A program made the translations under genes and the position numbers. This document shows positions 11,300 through 25,495 of a stretch of 64,000 nucleotides of DNA, piece by piece. The notes under the pieces are model-generated. The model was given only the letters and a program-made list of their open reading frames with translations, was not told the DNA's origin and ran no database searches. The first letter of the stretch is position 1; each line of letters begins with the position of its first letter. Source of the DNA: Takakia lepidozioides (taxonomy: Eukaryota; Plantae; Bryophyta); contig CM060731.1 of NCBI GenBank assembly GCA_030704615.1, forward strand, positions 10,230,001-10,294,000, in the 5' to 3' direction.

Positions 11300-14200
11300 C
11301 ACTACAACAGATTGCGGCTTTTATGACTCCCATGGGTGCGCAGTCACGACAAATTTGTGCCATTTGCAGTCGTAAATGCCTTTTGAAGTCATAACATAGA
11401 TCACGACGAAGCCGTTTATGCGACTATATGACTCCGAACTTTGCGCAACACAGGCCAAACACCCTTTGACCAGGAATATTGCCATGGCGGATATGACTAC
11501 CAGTCAGGGTCATGCCCATACTAGAATGACGCGTGCATATTGCTAGACGGACATATGACTTCATGATTGCCATTCTAATGCATTCTGCCAGATCATCACA
11601 TGCCGTGATGACATGGGGAGTCTGTGACATGGAACAACTTATGAGGTGTCTACATATGATTGGTTAAGTGGTTTTGATATTGTGGTGCGGGGGATGCAAG
11701 TGAACGGTTGCACACGAAGCAGATTAGTAGGCCGTTTGCGCTTTGTGGAGAAGAATGGAACGTGAAGCCAACATGCTAGAGAGGCAATCTGGAACCGCAT
11801 CTGTTTGTGACGTTACGTTCAAATGGCGACGTGCATTTTAGTGTTTGTTGATCGCGGACAACATCAAAAGCAACCTCATACTGCGGAATGACAGACGAAC
11901 AAATGATGCATTCAGGGGATAGGCAAATTCATGCAAATCATAAATTTCACTCATGAGAGTGATGCAAAACATTGCTCAACAAAAGTCTTTGAGCAGTGAC
12001 CAAGAACACCAACAAAATATGAAATCCAAGACACTCTAACATATCGCCTTGTGCATGTCGTCCCTGTAGCAGGCCGTCCCGGAGCTCCACGCCGTGTGGT
12101 ACTGGAATAGAAGCTTCGCAATACGGTCTGTTCCGATCCACCCACTTTGCCATGGGGGGGTGTTCTAAGAATGGGAGAGCCCATGAAGAAAGCTTCTTGT
12201 ATGATAAAACAACTGAGATAACAGCTCATGTTCTTCTCTCTAATGTACATACCCCCAATGACCTGCCCCAAGCTAGAACAACAACAGGATGACATCAGGG
12301 AATAATGATGCATTGCAAGGCATGGAACACCTGCAGGGCACCAGCAGTGTAGTGCTGAATGTACTGCACCCTGCTCGAGCCATTCACAGATGGGGGACTT
12401 TACAAGTGAGTCAGATGGTGTTAGCTGGGGCATGAGAGAAACTGCCCATAAAATGCATCTACGCAAAGAACCCATTCAACCAGCCAGAGCATCATCTATG
12501 CGGATTGCCGGATTCTTTTGGGGAAAAATGCAAACATGATAAGTAGGGACCAAGCTTAAAAGCACTCCACTGGTATTCAATGGTCAATAAACACGAGCCT
12601 GCCCAATATAAGACCCACAAAATCACTGGGGCAATTATGTAACAGGAAGGCACATGCACTTTGTCAACAATGTACCCAAAGGCAGAACTGATGTGTAAAT
12701 CTGCATGCCGTTCCAAAGTCTATAGTGACATAAATGTCATGTCACATTGCCAGACAGACACGCCATGTAAGTTGGACACCTCCAACACCTTGCTACAAGG
12801 ACACCCCCAAGGGCAACCCTTAGTGCCAGTCTTATGAATCCCACATTATTCATGAATCAACCGGGATTACATATTGAATTTTGCCCAATACCACCCTTCA
12901 TATACTTGAGATAGAGAAAGGCAGTTGGGGGGGGGGAAGTCGTACCTCATTCTAGGTACTAGTACACATCCACATCAACCAACTCCTCATCACTGGACTC
13001 TGAATCTCCATCGCAACTGTCCTCCGTGGGACATGGATGTGCTTCCTCAGATCGCATGTCTCTGTAAAGTGAAGCAACCTCTTCAGGTGTCACTTGGATG
13101 GTCTGGCCCACCCTGTCAGCAGCAACATTGGTCTTCAATGTGATTGGGGGCTAAGAGGCCTGATACACTTGCAATATCATCGTTGCAAATGCTCACATCA
13201 CAAACAGCCCTGCGTGACCTGGGGTTTTTTCTCCAGCACCACGTTCCATCTCGGTTTCATTCACACACTCAGAGAAAAAAACTTGCTCGACCTGTGATGG
13301 AGCACAAAAGGCTGTTCAAGTGGAGGCAACAAGTGGGAGAAATTCACCAATGTGAAGCCAGAGTCATCCTGCTTCATTGACACAGGCTGAGAGCCCACAC
13401 GTCGTGCACGTACCCATGAACACAATAGCACCGTGGGTGTGTGGAGCCATAATCCAATTCTAAAATCTCCTTTATGACACCCACATACCGTACGCTTTCC
13501 ACCACCTGCTCACCTGAAATGCAAGTATAGTCATGCTGGAAAATAGTAGAGACCCCCGAGTCATATGTCACAAAGGGGCTGTTGAGTCCATCTAAAGTAA
13601 CCCTGAAGTGGTTTCCATAAGCCGACATGCTCTTGTATGATGTTGCGATTAATGATGGGGGTTTGGACATGTCCAACAATTCCTTGCAGGCTGAATCAGT
13701 AGCATGGTTGGCAACACTTGACACATGCTGGCGGACTGCTTTTACCAGCCATACTGCAAAGTGAGGGAGAGCACGGATCCTGTTCTGGTTAGCAGTATTT
13801 TCAGTCTCCAACCTGGATTTCTCCACCTCATAGGTCCTGCCAACACACGCACAACCACATCAATTTATCTAGTGCAACCCCTGCAGCCGATGGAAGAACT
13901 ACTGCCCACACACCTATACAAAGCATACCCATGCATAGCAGGTACCAGAAGCTGTGACATACACTCACGTTTGCCACTTACCCCAACATAATGCTCAAAC
14001 TGGGATGGTTGTGAATGACGTAGTCGTGGACAAGCTGCAACAATTCGACAGTCAACCTCCGTGGTCGACCAACTCCTTCCAACACCCAGCCCGACACTGA
14101 TTCCTCCTCTCCTGCATCCCACACTCTCCGCCTAGTAGCATCAATAGAAGACAAGTACTCTGTACAAAAACCCAATGCCTCGTCAATCACGTAGCCCTCC

Positions 14201-15875
14201 GCCATACTGCCCTCAGGCTTCGCCAGTTTCGCACATACCCTTTAAAATCCTTCATTGCTCTCTCCACCGGGTACATCCACCGAGAAGCTACAGGTCCACA
14301 CAAATCCAGCTCATCCACCAAGTGGATAAGTAAATGTGTCATAACATCAAAAAATGAGGGTGAGAACTCTTTCTCCAGAAGACAAAGAGTCACTGCCACC
14401 TCCTTCTTCAATTCCTCATGCTTAGTGGGATCAATGAATTTTGCACAAAGCTTGCGAAACACACGAGACACTCTTAGTATGGCATTGCGAACCCCAGGCG
14501 CCATCAACCCACGTAGAGCAAGTGGGAGGATCTGTTGCATTAGCACGTGATAATCATGTGACTTCAATTGGCTCAACTTTTGTTTGACCACATGTTTTTT
14601 GAAAGCAGAGGCATAGCCAGTGGGTACTTTCAGATTCGTGATAGTCTCCAGGAACGCCCGCTCGCTCTGGTTTTGTGAGCACATATGGCGCATCGGGCAT
14701 TACCAATGTATCCACTCTGGTGGGATGGCGTTGTAACCAAAGAGGCTTTCGAATGCCCTGCAATTCCAGATCGCGGCGAACTTTCATCGTGTCCTTTTCC
14801 CCGAAAAGAGTCTTCATTATGTTCTCCGTCACGTTCTTCTCGCAATGCATGGTATCAAAAGTGTGGCGGATGATAAGATGCTGCACCATGTGGTCTAACA
14901 AATTAGGCACATTGCAATGCAGTCATGAACGATGTTAACAGCACAGGTTCAGTAAACAAACAATCATGCACAATGAAAACCAATGCACTGTTAGTTCTGT
15001 GCGCCTACAGTCCCACCATCATCAATCCCTTGTTTGTAATGTCGTGCACGCTCCTTGATTTCGGTGGCTGTCACTGTATGTGGAGCAGGTCTCATGTCTC
15101 GCGCCCCATTAAAATTTATGGATCTTCTATAGGCATGATTGTGGGGAAGATAGCGTCGATGCCCCTGGAATATCAATTTCTTGCAAGCTGGGGAATATCT
15201 GGAATCGACTTGAGGTCCACATGTTGGACAAGCAGAGTACCCTTGGTGAACCTGACCTGATAACAAGCCATAGGCGGGGAAGTCATGTATGGACCACATG
15301 AGGACTGCACGCATGGTAAAAGCCCGCTCTCCTTCAATGGCTGCCACATCCACGGCTGCAACTCCCACCCACAATGTCGTTAGCTCCTCCACTAGTGGTT
15401 GCAGGTAAACATCCACATTTTCACTTGTCACGGATTCCTTTCCAGGAATGAGGAGTGTTAACATGACAAAAAATTTCTTCGTTACCAACCATGGAGGTAG
15501 ATTATAATTGAGCACCATGATGGGCCAGGTGGACCAACTCGCGGATTTTGTGCCATAAGGATTGACCCCATCCAGTGCCAATCCAAGACGCAGATTTCTT
15601 GGATCTGAAGCCCTCGGCCATGTGTTGTCAATATGGCACCAAGCCTTATTGTCTGCAGCATGCCGGACCATGCCATCTGCACTTCTATGATTGTTGTGCC
15701 ACTTCATGAGCTCTGCCAGCGTCTTAACTCGGAACATCCGTTTCAATCTAGGTATGAGAGGAAAGTATCGCAGCACCTTCTTGGGCACCTTCCCACGGCC
15801 GTCCATGTATCGAGGACTGTGGCACTTGGGGCAATTTTCAGCCTTTTCGAGGTCTCCACGAAACAATACACATCC
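11300..15875 (-). mobile_element. CACTA (En/Spm) DNA transposon, one end plus a truncated transposase
   Basis: CACTACAACAGA starts exactly where RT homology stops. Short TATGAC/GTCGTA/GTCATA subterminal repeats to about 11450. Transposase on the minus strand. Confidence 0.88.
13150..15875 (-). pseudogene. CACTA TnpD-like transposase, fragmented
   Basis: LRLGLALDGVNP...YNLPPW...LLIPG...DVYLQPLVEEL...HDFPAYG; DTMHCEKNV; LKSHDYHVLMQ...HLLIHL...RWMYPVER; YVGVIKEILELDY. Confidence 0.88.
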
Positions 15876-18712
15876 ATCAAGGGGATCTTGGAGAAATACC
15901 AGGATGTGTTGCCGGAGGATTTACCAAGCGGCTTGCCACCGCGAAGAGGAGTTGACCACAAGATTGAGGTGATACCGGGATCGGAACCGCCTGCCAAGGC
16001 ACCCTACCGGTTGAGCCACAGGGAGTTGGTCGAGCTGAAGACTCATTCAAGGATCTAATGTCAAAGGGGTACATCCGGCCGAGTAAGTCACCTTACCTAG
16101 CCCCGGTGCTATTCGCAGACAAGAAGGATGGGACGCTGCGGATGTGTGTCGATTACAGGGCTTTGAATAAGGTGACTATTAAAAACCGGTACCCTTTGCC
16201 AAGGATCGACGACCTTTTCGACCGGTTGGCAGGAGCAAAGTATTTCAGCCGGATCGACTTGCGCTCCGGCTATCATCAAATTCGGGTGGCGGAAGGAGAT
16301 GAGGAGAAGACCTCGTGCAGGACAAGGTATGGTTCATATGAGTTCTTGGTGATGCCTTTTGGGCTCACTAATGCACCTGCGACCTTTAGCACGCTGATGA
16401 ACAGCCTTTTCCAGGAGTGGTTTGATGACTTTGTGATCGTGTACATCGACGACATCTTGGTGTACTCGAAAACAAAGGAGGAGCACCTGGAGCACCTCAA
16501 AAGGGTGTTCCAGAATTTGCGAGAAGGGAAGCTGTATGCCAAAGCTTCAAAGTGCGAATTCGGGGTCACAAAAGTGGAGTTCCTGGGGCATGTGATTACA
16601 CAGGATGGGATCAAAATGGATGACATGAAGGTGAGGGCAATTTTGGACTGGGAGCCTCCGACTTCGGTCCCGGGAGTGCGATCCTTCCTAGGACTCGCCT
16701 CCTATTACCGGAAGTATGTGAGAAATTTCGCCAAAATCGCGGGGCCGTTGTCAGACCTTCTGTGTAAATCTAAAGTCTGGGCATGGAACACCTTTTGTGG
16801 CCAAGCTTTTACTGAATTGAAGCAGCGGATGGCGGAAGCTCCAGTCTTGAAAATCCCGGAGTTCGATCGTCCGTTTGAGATACATACAGATGCGTCGGAC
16901 TTCGCGATTGGTGGTGTGCTGATGCAAGATGGACGTCCAGTAGCTTACGAAAGTAAGAAACTGAATGAAGTGGAGCGACGGTGGCCGACGCACGAGAAAA
17001 GAGATGAAGGCGGTGGTGCACTGTCTTGAGCTCTGGCGCCACTATGTTGGTTCCAACCCAGTGAAGGTGTTCACGGACAATGTCACGGTGAAGTATTTTG
17101 CCACGCAGCCCAAGTTGTCCCCAAAACAACTTAGGTGGCAAGATACTTTGGCGGTGTTCGACGTGGATCCAGTACAAACCGGGACGAGACAACGTGGTGG
17201 CCGATGCTTTAAGTAGAAAGCAGCAGCTCTTGTTGGTGTACAAGGGCGAGACGGCGCTCCAAAGGAAGATCCGGAAGGCTTGCCGGAAGGATGAGCTGGC
17301 AAAGTCCGTGATGCAAGACTTGATGATGGGGGTTAAATCGCAGTTCCACTTGCAAAATGGACTGCTCCGGTATAAGCAAAAGCGTCTCTACGTGCCGAAG
17401 GGAGGGATCAGAGATAGCCTCTTGAGAGAATGCCATGATAGCCCGCTTGCGGGCCACGGAGGAGCCAAGCGCACTGCGGCACTCTTGAAGAAAGAGTATT
17501 TCTGGCCCAAACTGAGGGAGGAGGCAGAGGAGTATGTCAAGACATGCACCACATGCCAAAAAACCGGATCGAGTACAAAAAGCAAGCGGGGCTGTTACAA
17601 CCCTTGCCGATTCCAGAGGGGACTTGGGAAAGCGTCTCGATGGATTTCATGACTGCTATGCCGCTGTCAAAAGGATTCGATGCAATCATGGTGGTGGTGG
17701 ATAGGTTCAGTAAAATGGGCCATTTCATTCCCACCAAGGAGACGGCAACAGCGCAGGAGATAGGGCGACTTTACTTCGCCCACGTCTTAAAGCATCATGG
17801 AGTCCCGAAGGATATTGTCTCGGACCGCGATCCAAAGTTTACGAGTAAATTTGGAGGGCACTTTGGAAGAAGATGGGGACGAGGCTAAAGATGAGCACCG
17901 CCTTCCGACCTACGACCGACGGCCAAACAGAAAGAAGAGTGAATTCCGTAGTGAAGCAGATCTTGCGGAATTACGTGTCGGCAGACCAAACAGACTGGGT
18001 GGAACACTTCGCGGCAGAGTTCTGTTATAATATAACACAGAACACTCCGCAACGGGAGTTTCCCCTTTCGTATTGGTCTATGGAAAAGCACCTCTGGTGC
18101 CGACAAGTTCGGCCGCCCAGGACGTTGAGGAACCGGTAGTAGCGGCAGTACTGGAAGAACGCGAGCGTTTGTTGAAGCTCGCAAGTACAACATTGCCAAA
18201 GCTAGGAAACGGTATGAAAGGCAGGCGAATCGGAAGCGGAGGGAAGTGAAGTTTGAGGCAGGCACGGAGGTCTGGTTGAACATCAAGAATTTTCGACTAC
18301 CTCCGGAAGTGAGTCCGAAGTTCGTACCTCCGTATGCGGGACCCTTCGCATTCGGAAGGTTATGAATGAGGATGTGTATGAATTGGAGCTGCCGGCAAAC
18401 AGCAAGGTGCACCCAGTATTCCATGTCTCCCTTTTGAAGCCTTACTTCAAAGATGAAGCGCGTCCGAATCGGCATCAAGTGTTGCGTCCGCCACCTATGC
18501 TGTTGGATCATGAAAATGAACCTAAGTACGAGGTGGAGGCAATACTTAAGTCAAGGAGGTTCAAGAACCGAGAAACGGAGTAGTATCTCGTCAAATGGAA
18601 GGGCTATCATCATGTGGAGGCATCTTGGGTGCGTGCCTCAGAAATGGGAAACGCATCCGAGGCGGTCGCAGCTTTCGAAGGGCGACCTCAAAAGCGGAAG
18701 AAGAAGCGTTGA
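15876..18712 (+). pseudogene. pol: pol (RT-RH-INT-chromodomain) of copy 2
   Basis: Same motifs as copy 1 with lesions at different positions. Confidence 0.92.
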
Positions 18713-18746
18713 TGGGGACATCAACCTTGGAGCGTGGGGGAGGAAA

Positions 18747-20345
18747 TGCATGCTTAGCCCGGCTTAGCTAGCTTAGGAATCCGATTGCAAAAACTTGTAT
18801 TGTACAAAAACGTGCTATAAATAAAACGGATTCCAAATGTTGTGCGTCCTATTTGTTTGGAATGGTGATGCATGGTATGGTTGGCTAGTGTGTAGAATGC
18901 ATGCTAGCTATAAAAGTGGGAGAGGTAAATTGGGTTAATCGTGTGTTTGTGTAGTGCCGAAATCGGGTGACCCCATCCAAGGGGCAAGGAAACTTGCGCC
19001 TTCTTTGGGAGTTCACGTGCTAGTGCGCACCTGGCGCGTGCGCGTACTATAACTGCGCTACCGAGGGGGTTGCCTTGTAGTGCGGGCTAACGCGGAAGCC
19101 ACGTGCTTCCGTTCACGTACTATAATCGTGTAGCCTCGGGACGAAATCGTAGTGCGGCTTCGGCGTGTTCCCGTACCTCAGGCCAGCATTCCAAGGGCGG
19201 ACCCAATTGTAGTGATTGGGGCGCACGGTTGGTTCAAAGTTATCTTCCTAGTCAAAGAGGGTTCCAGGTGAACCCTTGCTCAAGGTGATGCCAAAAGCGG
19301 CATCATGAGCGGTCGCAAGCAATGTTGTTGCAGTAAGGCGATTCGATCCTCGGGGAGGATCGTTCCTTGGCCTTGAAGTAGGCCAAGAAGAAGAGTGCAC
19401 TGGGAGGAGCTGGAGAGGCTCCACCCTTGGCCGGGACTTAGAGGAAGTCGGCCGAACTAGCTAGTGGAGAGTAGAGTCAAGTGTGGGGTTTGGTTCTTTG
19501 CCATGGGACGCCATGGTGCGGAAACAAACTCCTTGATGTGGGACGCCACAACTTGGATGTTCGTTTCTACAAAATGGACAAGTCGATGAGGACATCGACT
19601 CCCTGTTGGTAGGGGTGTGTGTATCGCGGCCCTTTGCCTTGAGGGCAGGGGGTCGGGACACATGAGGGGCTGCCCCTGTGGTGGGGGCAGGGCAGCAGTG
19701 ATAGGTATGGGGGGGGCTGAAGCACCCTTGAGTGCCCAAGGCACTGAAGGAGGCGGAGGCGCGCACTAGGTGGAGCCCCGCACACCGGGTTGCGGTGGGG
19801 GTGGCTCCACAAGGGTTGGTGGTAGCTTAGCGGGACTTAGTGGGGGTGGCATAGGACTCACTGGGGGCAGAGACCTCTTGGGGGGAGTGGGGAGTCTTGG
19901 GACTCATCACGGTCCATAGGGGCCGTGGTGAGTGGGCCAAGACTCACCGCGACTCATCACCGGGAGTCGAGGGTTTTTGTGGTGGTTCGCCATAAAATGG
20001 CATGGCTGGTTATGAAACCCCCGCGGACAGCTACAGAAGTATATATAGGGAGTAGTAACCCCGAGAACGGTGCAAGCCCGTTGGTGACCAAAAACTAGTG
20101 AGTAAGCGAGCGAGCCGGAAAGCGATCAAAGAGTGGGGAGCTGTTCCGGACTGCCATCTACCAAAGGGAATTCCATTAGTCCCAGATAGGTGGAGGGTTT
20201 AGTGGGAAGCGAAGGGGGACCGTTATGTCCCGGTGAGCAGCCGAAGCTCCAAGTTGGCCCGGCGGCCAGGTTGGGAGTCAGGCGCGCGCATCAAAGCGAG
20301 TAACTATGACGTGAAGGGGAGCTTACCGAAGGGAGGTGCGCGACA
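18747..20345 (+). repeat. 3' LTR of copy 2
   Basis: Follows the same PPT; aligns with 4769-6359. Confidence 0.9.
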
Positions 20346-22946
20346 TCACGGGACCACAAGGGAGCGTGCGAATATTCTTGTCATCTTGCCATGAATCCTC
20401 TTCCCCGCCAGGTGCCTTGTCAAGTCTTCGTCTCACTGGACGGGTATGAACATATCCTTCCAAATGTTGGCCTCTTCGAAGCAATGGCGTGTCTCGAAGG
20501 CTCTCTCGCAACGCCGCCGCCCACTTGCGAGGATTTTTCGATCTGGAGGCAGTCCGCATCAGCATTTCCTGCCTGTCCGGCCCCAAGCCCCACTGTTTCC
20601 CTTTCAAGAACTCGTTGTACCTGCATTGCTGCATAATTCACCTCACAATGTCCTCCGTTGTGGCAGTGAGGGTGTCCACCAGATGCGCTGCAGAGGAGGC
20701 ACGCCAGGATGAATGCACTGATTCGGCCATGTTTGTCATGGGCATGTCGGTGTCGGAGTCGAGACACATTTCCTGCACAAGCACATGTTGAGGTTACAAG
20801 CAAGTTAAAAATAATGCATAATATATTCACGGGACGCGATTCGTGCAACTCACCTCCCGCATATAGTCACCGAACTGGAGGAAACGATAATCCACCATGT
20901 TTTCGCACAACTGACCATTGCTCCCTCGTCTGATTTCCTTACAGCAACCTGACGATGTCCACCAAGCCCTTAACATTCAAACTGTGTCTCTCGCATCACC
21001 AAGGTGGAGCGCGCTTCCACGCAAGACACATGGAACGGTGCTCCTCTCTTAAATCTGGCGCCACGAGCCTGGTTGTGTACTGCGAAAGGCTCTGCAGAAA
21101 ATGGAGCCCACATTATCTCTCCTTTCCTTCCATGGGAACATTGGGGTCTTGCCCGTACACCCTTCGGATGGCAGCCCAATTGCTTGTGCGTTGTCCGCCA
21201 TGAAACCAACGGAAATTGGGAGGGGGCATCCGCCTTGGCCATCTGTTTCGTTATTATTCCCCTGCCAAAGAAGCATCTCCGATTTGTGTCCTCTCCTTTC
21301 ATCTCACAATAGCATTGTCATTAGCATCCTGCAGTGGATGTCGTAGACATGTGCACCCCTTGTCACCCACTGGTGATTTGTATTCCTTTGATATGGTCGA
21401 ACCTGACCCAACTGGTTGACAAGTCCCCACTCGTCATCCTGTCGCCAGTTCGACGCCCGCTGCCAGGTCCACCACGTGGACATTTTGATACGAAACAACG
21501 ATCTGCCCTCAGTCCCTTGTCCTGGAAACCTACTTCCATGAATGTAGGTCATAACATCCACATCGTCGCTTCACCTCCAGAATGGAGTGATATCCGAGCC
21601 ACGCCCAATTTTTCTGTTTACATGAGACAATGTGGGTTTCGGACATTCGGTGAACATACTTGGGACCCGACTCCAGCAATGCCTCCATTTCCTTTATCGA
21701 GAGGAACTCTATCGGAGCCGTCTTTTGACATAATTTCTGGCCAAGGCCATCTTATGGGCGGCTTGAGCTGTTATCTGTTTGGGTTTGGCACCCCGGTCTC
21801 AACTTAACCTCCTCCTAAACGAGCTGCTATGCCTCGTGGGCAGCCTCCCGCGAGTTCCCCCTCGCCAATTTGTGACAATGGGAACCAACGGTGTATGCAA
21901 GCTCGGGTGAGGTCAGGGAAACGGTGCAACACATAGAACTGCTTGGCATTACAACAGACATGCAGTGTGGTGCGTTCTTTGCAGTGCGCACACTTAATGT
22001 GGAGTTCTCGAACCTTCTCTTGAGCACAAAATGGTTGATGAGCTGTGCCTGTCCAATCGGTCTCGTTTTTGTGACCTCTGGATTTAAAACGGAAGCAAGT
22101 TGGGGAAACAACCGCAACGCGCCTGCACAAACAACGTAGCGCACCCGCCACCATCGAGCATCTTCATGCTTGTGGTTTTTGGTGACGCACCAAGGATGAC
22201 CATCATGTTTTTCTATCCATATCTGTCAACATTCCGGACGCCCTCGAGTAGTCCGTCCGAGGAGGGAACTCAAAGAAGATATTACCGTCGACGTCTGCGG
22301 GAAGGCATGTAACCGATTTAATTGCAAACTTGCTGTAGTCCAGCCCGGCCAGCTCCGAGCGGTGTCCCTCCATGTGAAGCCCTCGCAGAATTTCAAGAAT
22401 AGATCGAACTGCGGTGCTCGTGCTGGGAATATGACTCCCTCGTCCACTGACGTCCATTGAGGACTTGCCTGATCTCCAGGATGACCTCGGAACTTCCATG
22501 ACCTCGTCTGAGTCGGACAGGTTGTGAACAACCCGGTTCCACTCGTCTTCATGGATGGGTTCGGCTCTGGATTTACTTCGTTGCGGTCTTCTCTCTTTGA
22601 GGTAGCCACTCTCTGATTCGCGGATTGTTTCGTGGAAGGCGCCAGGATAGAAGATGCATTTGGCGGGCAAATGGAAGTCCCCAAGAGCCCTGTATATGAC
22701 GCTGTCCGATGGTGGAACTCGCCATCCCTTGCCATCGCCGAAATCATCGTGGAGCACAACAATACTCTCGACAACAACGCCGTTTGAGTCCTTCCTTTCC
22801 TCCTCCAAAAAAACCGACCCCGGTTTCAGGTGGTATCGAACGCACAGATATTTCTCCATCACCCGGCAGATGTCCCCTCTGCACGGAAATGAAGCTCTAT
22901 GCTCGTGAGGAGGGCAGTACACTGTAGCGCTCGGGTTTTCCGCCAT
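20346..22946 (-). pseudogene. Mutator-type DDE transposase with an N-terminal GCM-like Cys/His domain
   Basis: Homologous to 51155-52907. FDHI (about 21395), FMADNAQA, then intron 20853-20773 (GTGAGT..TGCAG) and TNMAESVH (20736-20713), the MULE catalytic-Glu motif. Frameshifted. Confidence 0.72.
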
Positions 22947-23199
22947 GGGAGATGTGCACACAAGACTCCCAGGATGGCGTGCGGGCAAGCTCCCTGGTAG
23001 AAGGGGGATGCAGTGATGGGAAGGAATGCGGTGCCGATTTGTCCGAGCGACGAAGCCTGATCCAAATCCAGGGAGCCAACTATCTCAAAAATCCACAGTC
23101 AGAGTGTTAATGAACCTTGTCTCAGGAATGCGGCCCCTGGTCTTTGCGCAATAACTGCTGCAGTCAGAAAGTGGGGGGCCGTCCGGATGATGTCGGCTG

Positions 23200-24870
23200 A
23201 AGGGGAGAAGCCGGCACCGTGCGTCACATTACTACCCCCGGATGAAAATTCAGCACCGAATATCCAACAGGGGCCGCCCGAATGAAGTCGCCTCGGGCAG
23301 AGACGCCGGAACCTGTCCGACACAGAACAACCCCTGGATGGAAATTCAGCGCCGAATTTCCATTCGGATCCCCCCAAAGGAAGTCGTGTCGGGGGGTCAG
23401 GCCGAAAACTAGCCAACATAAAAACCTCCCCGGATGGAAAAACGGCGCCGAATTTCCATCCGAGGCCGTTCGGATGCAGTCGGGGAGGGGGGAGAGGTCG
23501 GCACCTGGCCCTCACATTTCAACCCCCGGACGGAAATTCGGCACCGAATATCCAACAGGGGAAGCCCGGATGAAGTCGCCTCGGGCGTAGAGGCCAGCGC
23601 GTGTTCGACAGAGAGCATCCCCTGGATGGAGATTCGGCACCGAATTTCCATCCGGGCCCCACCAAACGAAGTCATGTCGGGGGGGGCAGGCCGAAAACTG
23701 GCCGACATAAAAACCTCCCCAGATGGGAAAACGGCGCCGAATTTCCATCCGGGGCCGTTCGGATGCAGTCGGGGAGGGGGGAGAGGTCGGCACCTGGCCG
23801 TCACATTTCAACCCCCGGACGGGAATTCGGCACCGAATATCCAACAGGTGACGCCCGGACGAAGTCGCCTCGGGCGTAGAGGCCGGCACCTGTCCGACAG
23901 AGACCATCCCCCGGATGGAAATTCGCCGCCGAATTTCCATCCGGGCCCCCTCAAAGGAAGTCCGGTCGGGTGGTGAGGCCCAAAACTGGACGATATAAAA
24001 ACCGAACAGGATGGAAAATGGCGCTGAATTTCCGTGCGGGGCGGTTTGGATGCAGTCGGGGAGGGGGGAGAGGCCGGCACCTGGCCGTCACATTTCAACC
24101 CTTGGACGGAAATTCGGCACCGAATATCCAACAGGTGACGCCCGGACGAAGTCGCCTCGGGCGTAGAGGCCGGCACCTGTCCGACAGATACCATCCCCCG
24201 GATTGAAATTTGCTGCTGAATTTCCATCCGGGCCCCCTTAAAGGAAGTCCGGTCGGGTGATGAGGCCCAAAACAGGATGGAAAAATGGCGCCGAATTTCC
24301 GTCCGAGGCCGTTCGGATTTCCCTCTAGCAGTCCAGGATTCCATGAAAAACGTATCTAAAAGTGGACTTCAGCCACAAAACTAAAAGTTTACTTTGTTTT
24401 TCTCCGTAAAACCAAGCGGCCACACTCAGAATTACCTCCAGGAAGGTAATTCGGCGCTTCGACTTACCTGGCGAATGGAAATTCGGCGCCGAATTTCCAT
24501 CCGCCAGCGATCCGAATAACCTACTGGATGGAAATTCGGCGCCGAATTTCCATCCTGATCTGCTCCGAATTACCTGCGTGGCGGAAATTTCGCGCCCCGC
24601 CCTACCCGGCAGGATGGAAATCCGGCGCCGGATTTCCATCCATCCGCTCCGAATTACCTGCGTGGCGGAAATTTCGCGCCCCGCCCTACCCGGCAGGATG
24701 GAAATCCGGCGCCGGATTTCCATCCATCCGGCTCCGAATTACCTGCGTGGCGGAAATTTCGCGCGCCGCCCTACCTGGCATGATGGAAATTTGGCGCCGG
24801 ATTTCCATCCTGCTTCTCTCCGAATTACCTGCATGAGGGAAATTTTGCGCGCCGCCGTACCTGGCGGATG
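23200..24870. repeat. Palindrome tandem array A
   Basis: Many GGAAATTCGGCGCCGAATTTCC variants; perfect 30-bp palindromes at 24526-24555 and 24612-24641; about 85-bp units at 24560-24850. Confidence 0.92.
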
Positions 24871-25495
24871 GGCATTAAATGTCCACCGCCGTCCATTTTT
24901 ATTTGGGCTGGCGACACATGTCTTCCTCGATACGTACCCTAAATCTGATGCTAATCTTGGATTAACTTCTATTCGAGGCATGTACCCCAAAAAACTGAGA
25001 TCTTTTTCCATTTTGGCTGGGACTTATGCCGCCTGAAGGGCGTGGCTCTCCTGAGAGAGACCTTACATCCAGACTGCGGCGGAAGTTGAAAGCTTTGTAC
25101 TACGGATGACGGCCAATCTTTCGCATGGCCAAACTTAAGCTCCAGCAGGAGATTCCAATGTCTTGCTTACAACCCGCGCCAACTGAAGCCGAGTACTCTC
25201 AGGCAAGCCACTTCTGCTTTCGCTTTGTTCGCTTTCGCTTTCGCTTTGTTGTTTCGCTTTGTTTTTGCATCTTCATCCTGCTATCGCTGGAAGCATGTCA
25301 TTCTTTGGCATTGGTTGGATTTGTTTTCATTATTGTTCCATGGCACTCCATACTTCATAAACTTGTTTTGTTTTCATTGTTGTTCCACGATTGTTGCTAT
25401 GGTGGTTGCGCTGCTTGTTGCCATTCTAGTTTTGGCACCGATGTTGGTTCTGACGATTTTGGGAATGACAGAGTGACGACGAGCCCGGCACGCTG

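Larger units (their letters stand above)
15876..20345 (+). mobile_element. Chromovirus copy 2, 5'-truncated (pol from the PR-RT linker, plus 3' LTR)
   Basis: Near-identical to 1902-6359; starts abruptly at ATCAAGGGG; the LTR ends GCGCGACA at 20345. Confidence 0.95.

Noticed and set aside
23099-25036. Many overlapping ORFs (MEIRRRISI...) in array A, and similar ones in arrays B and C
   Set aside because: Translation artefacts of stop-poor palindromic repeats.
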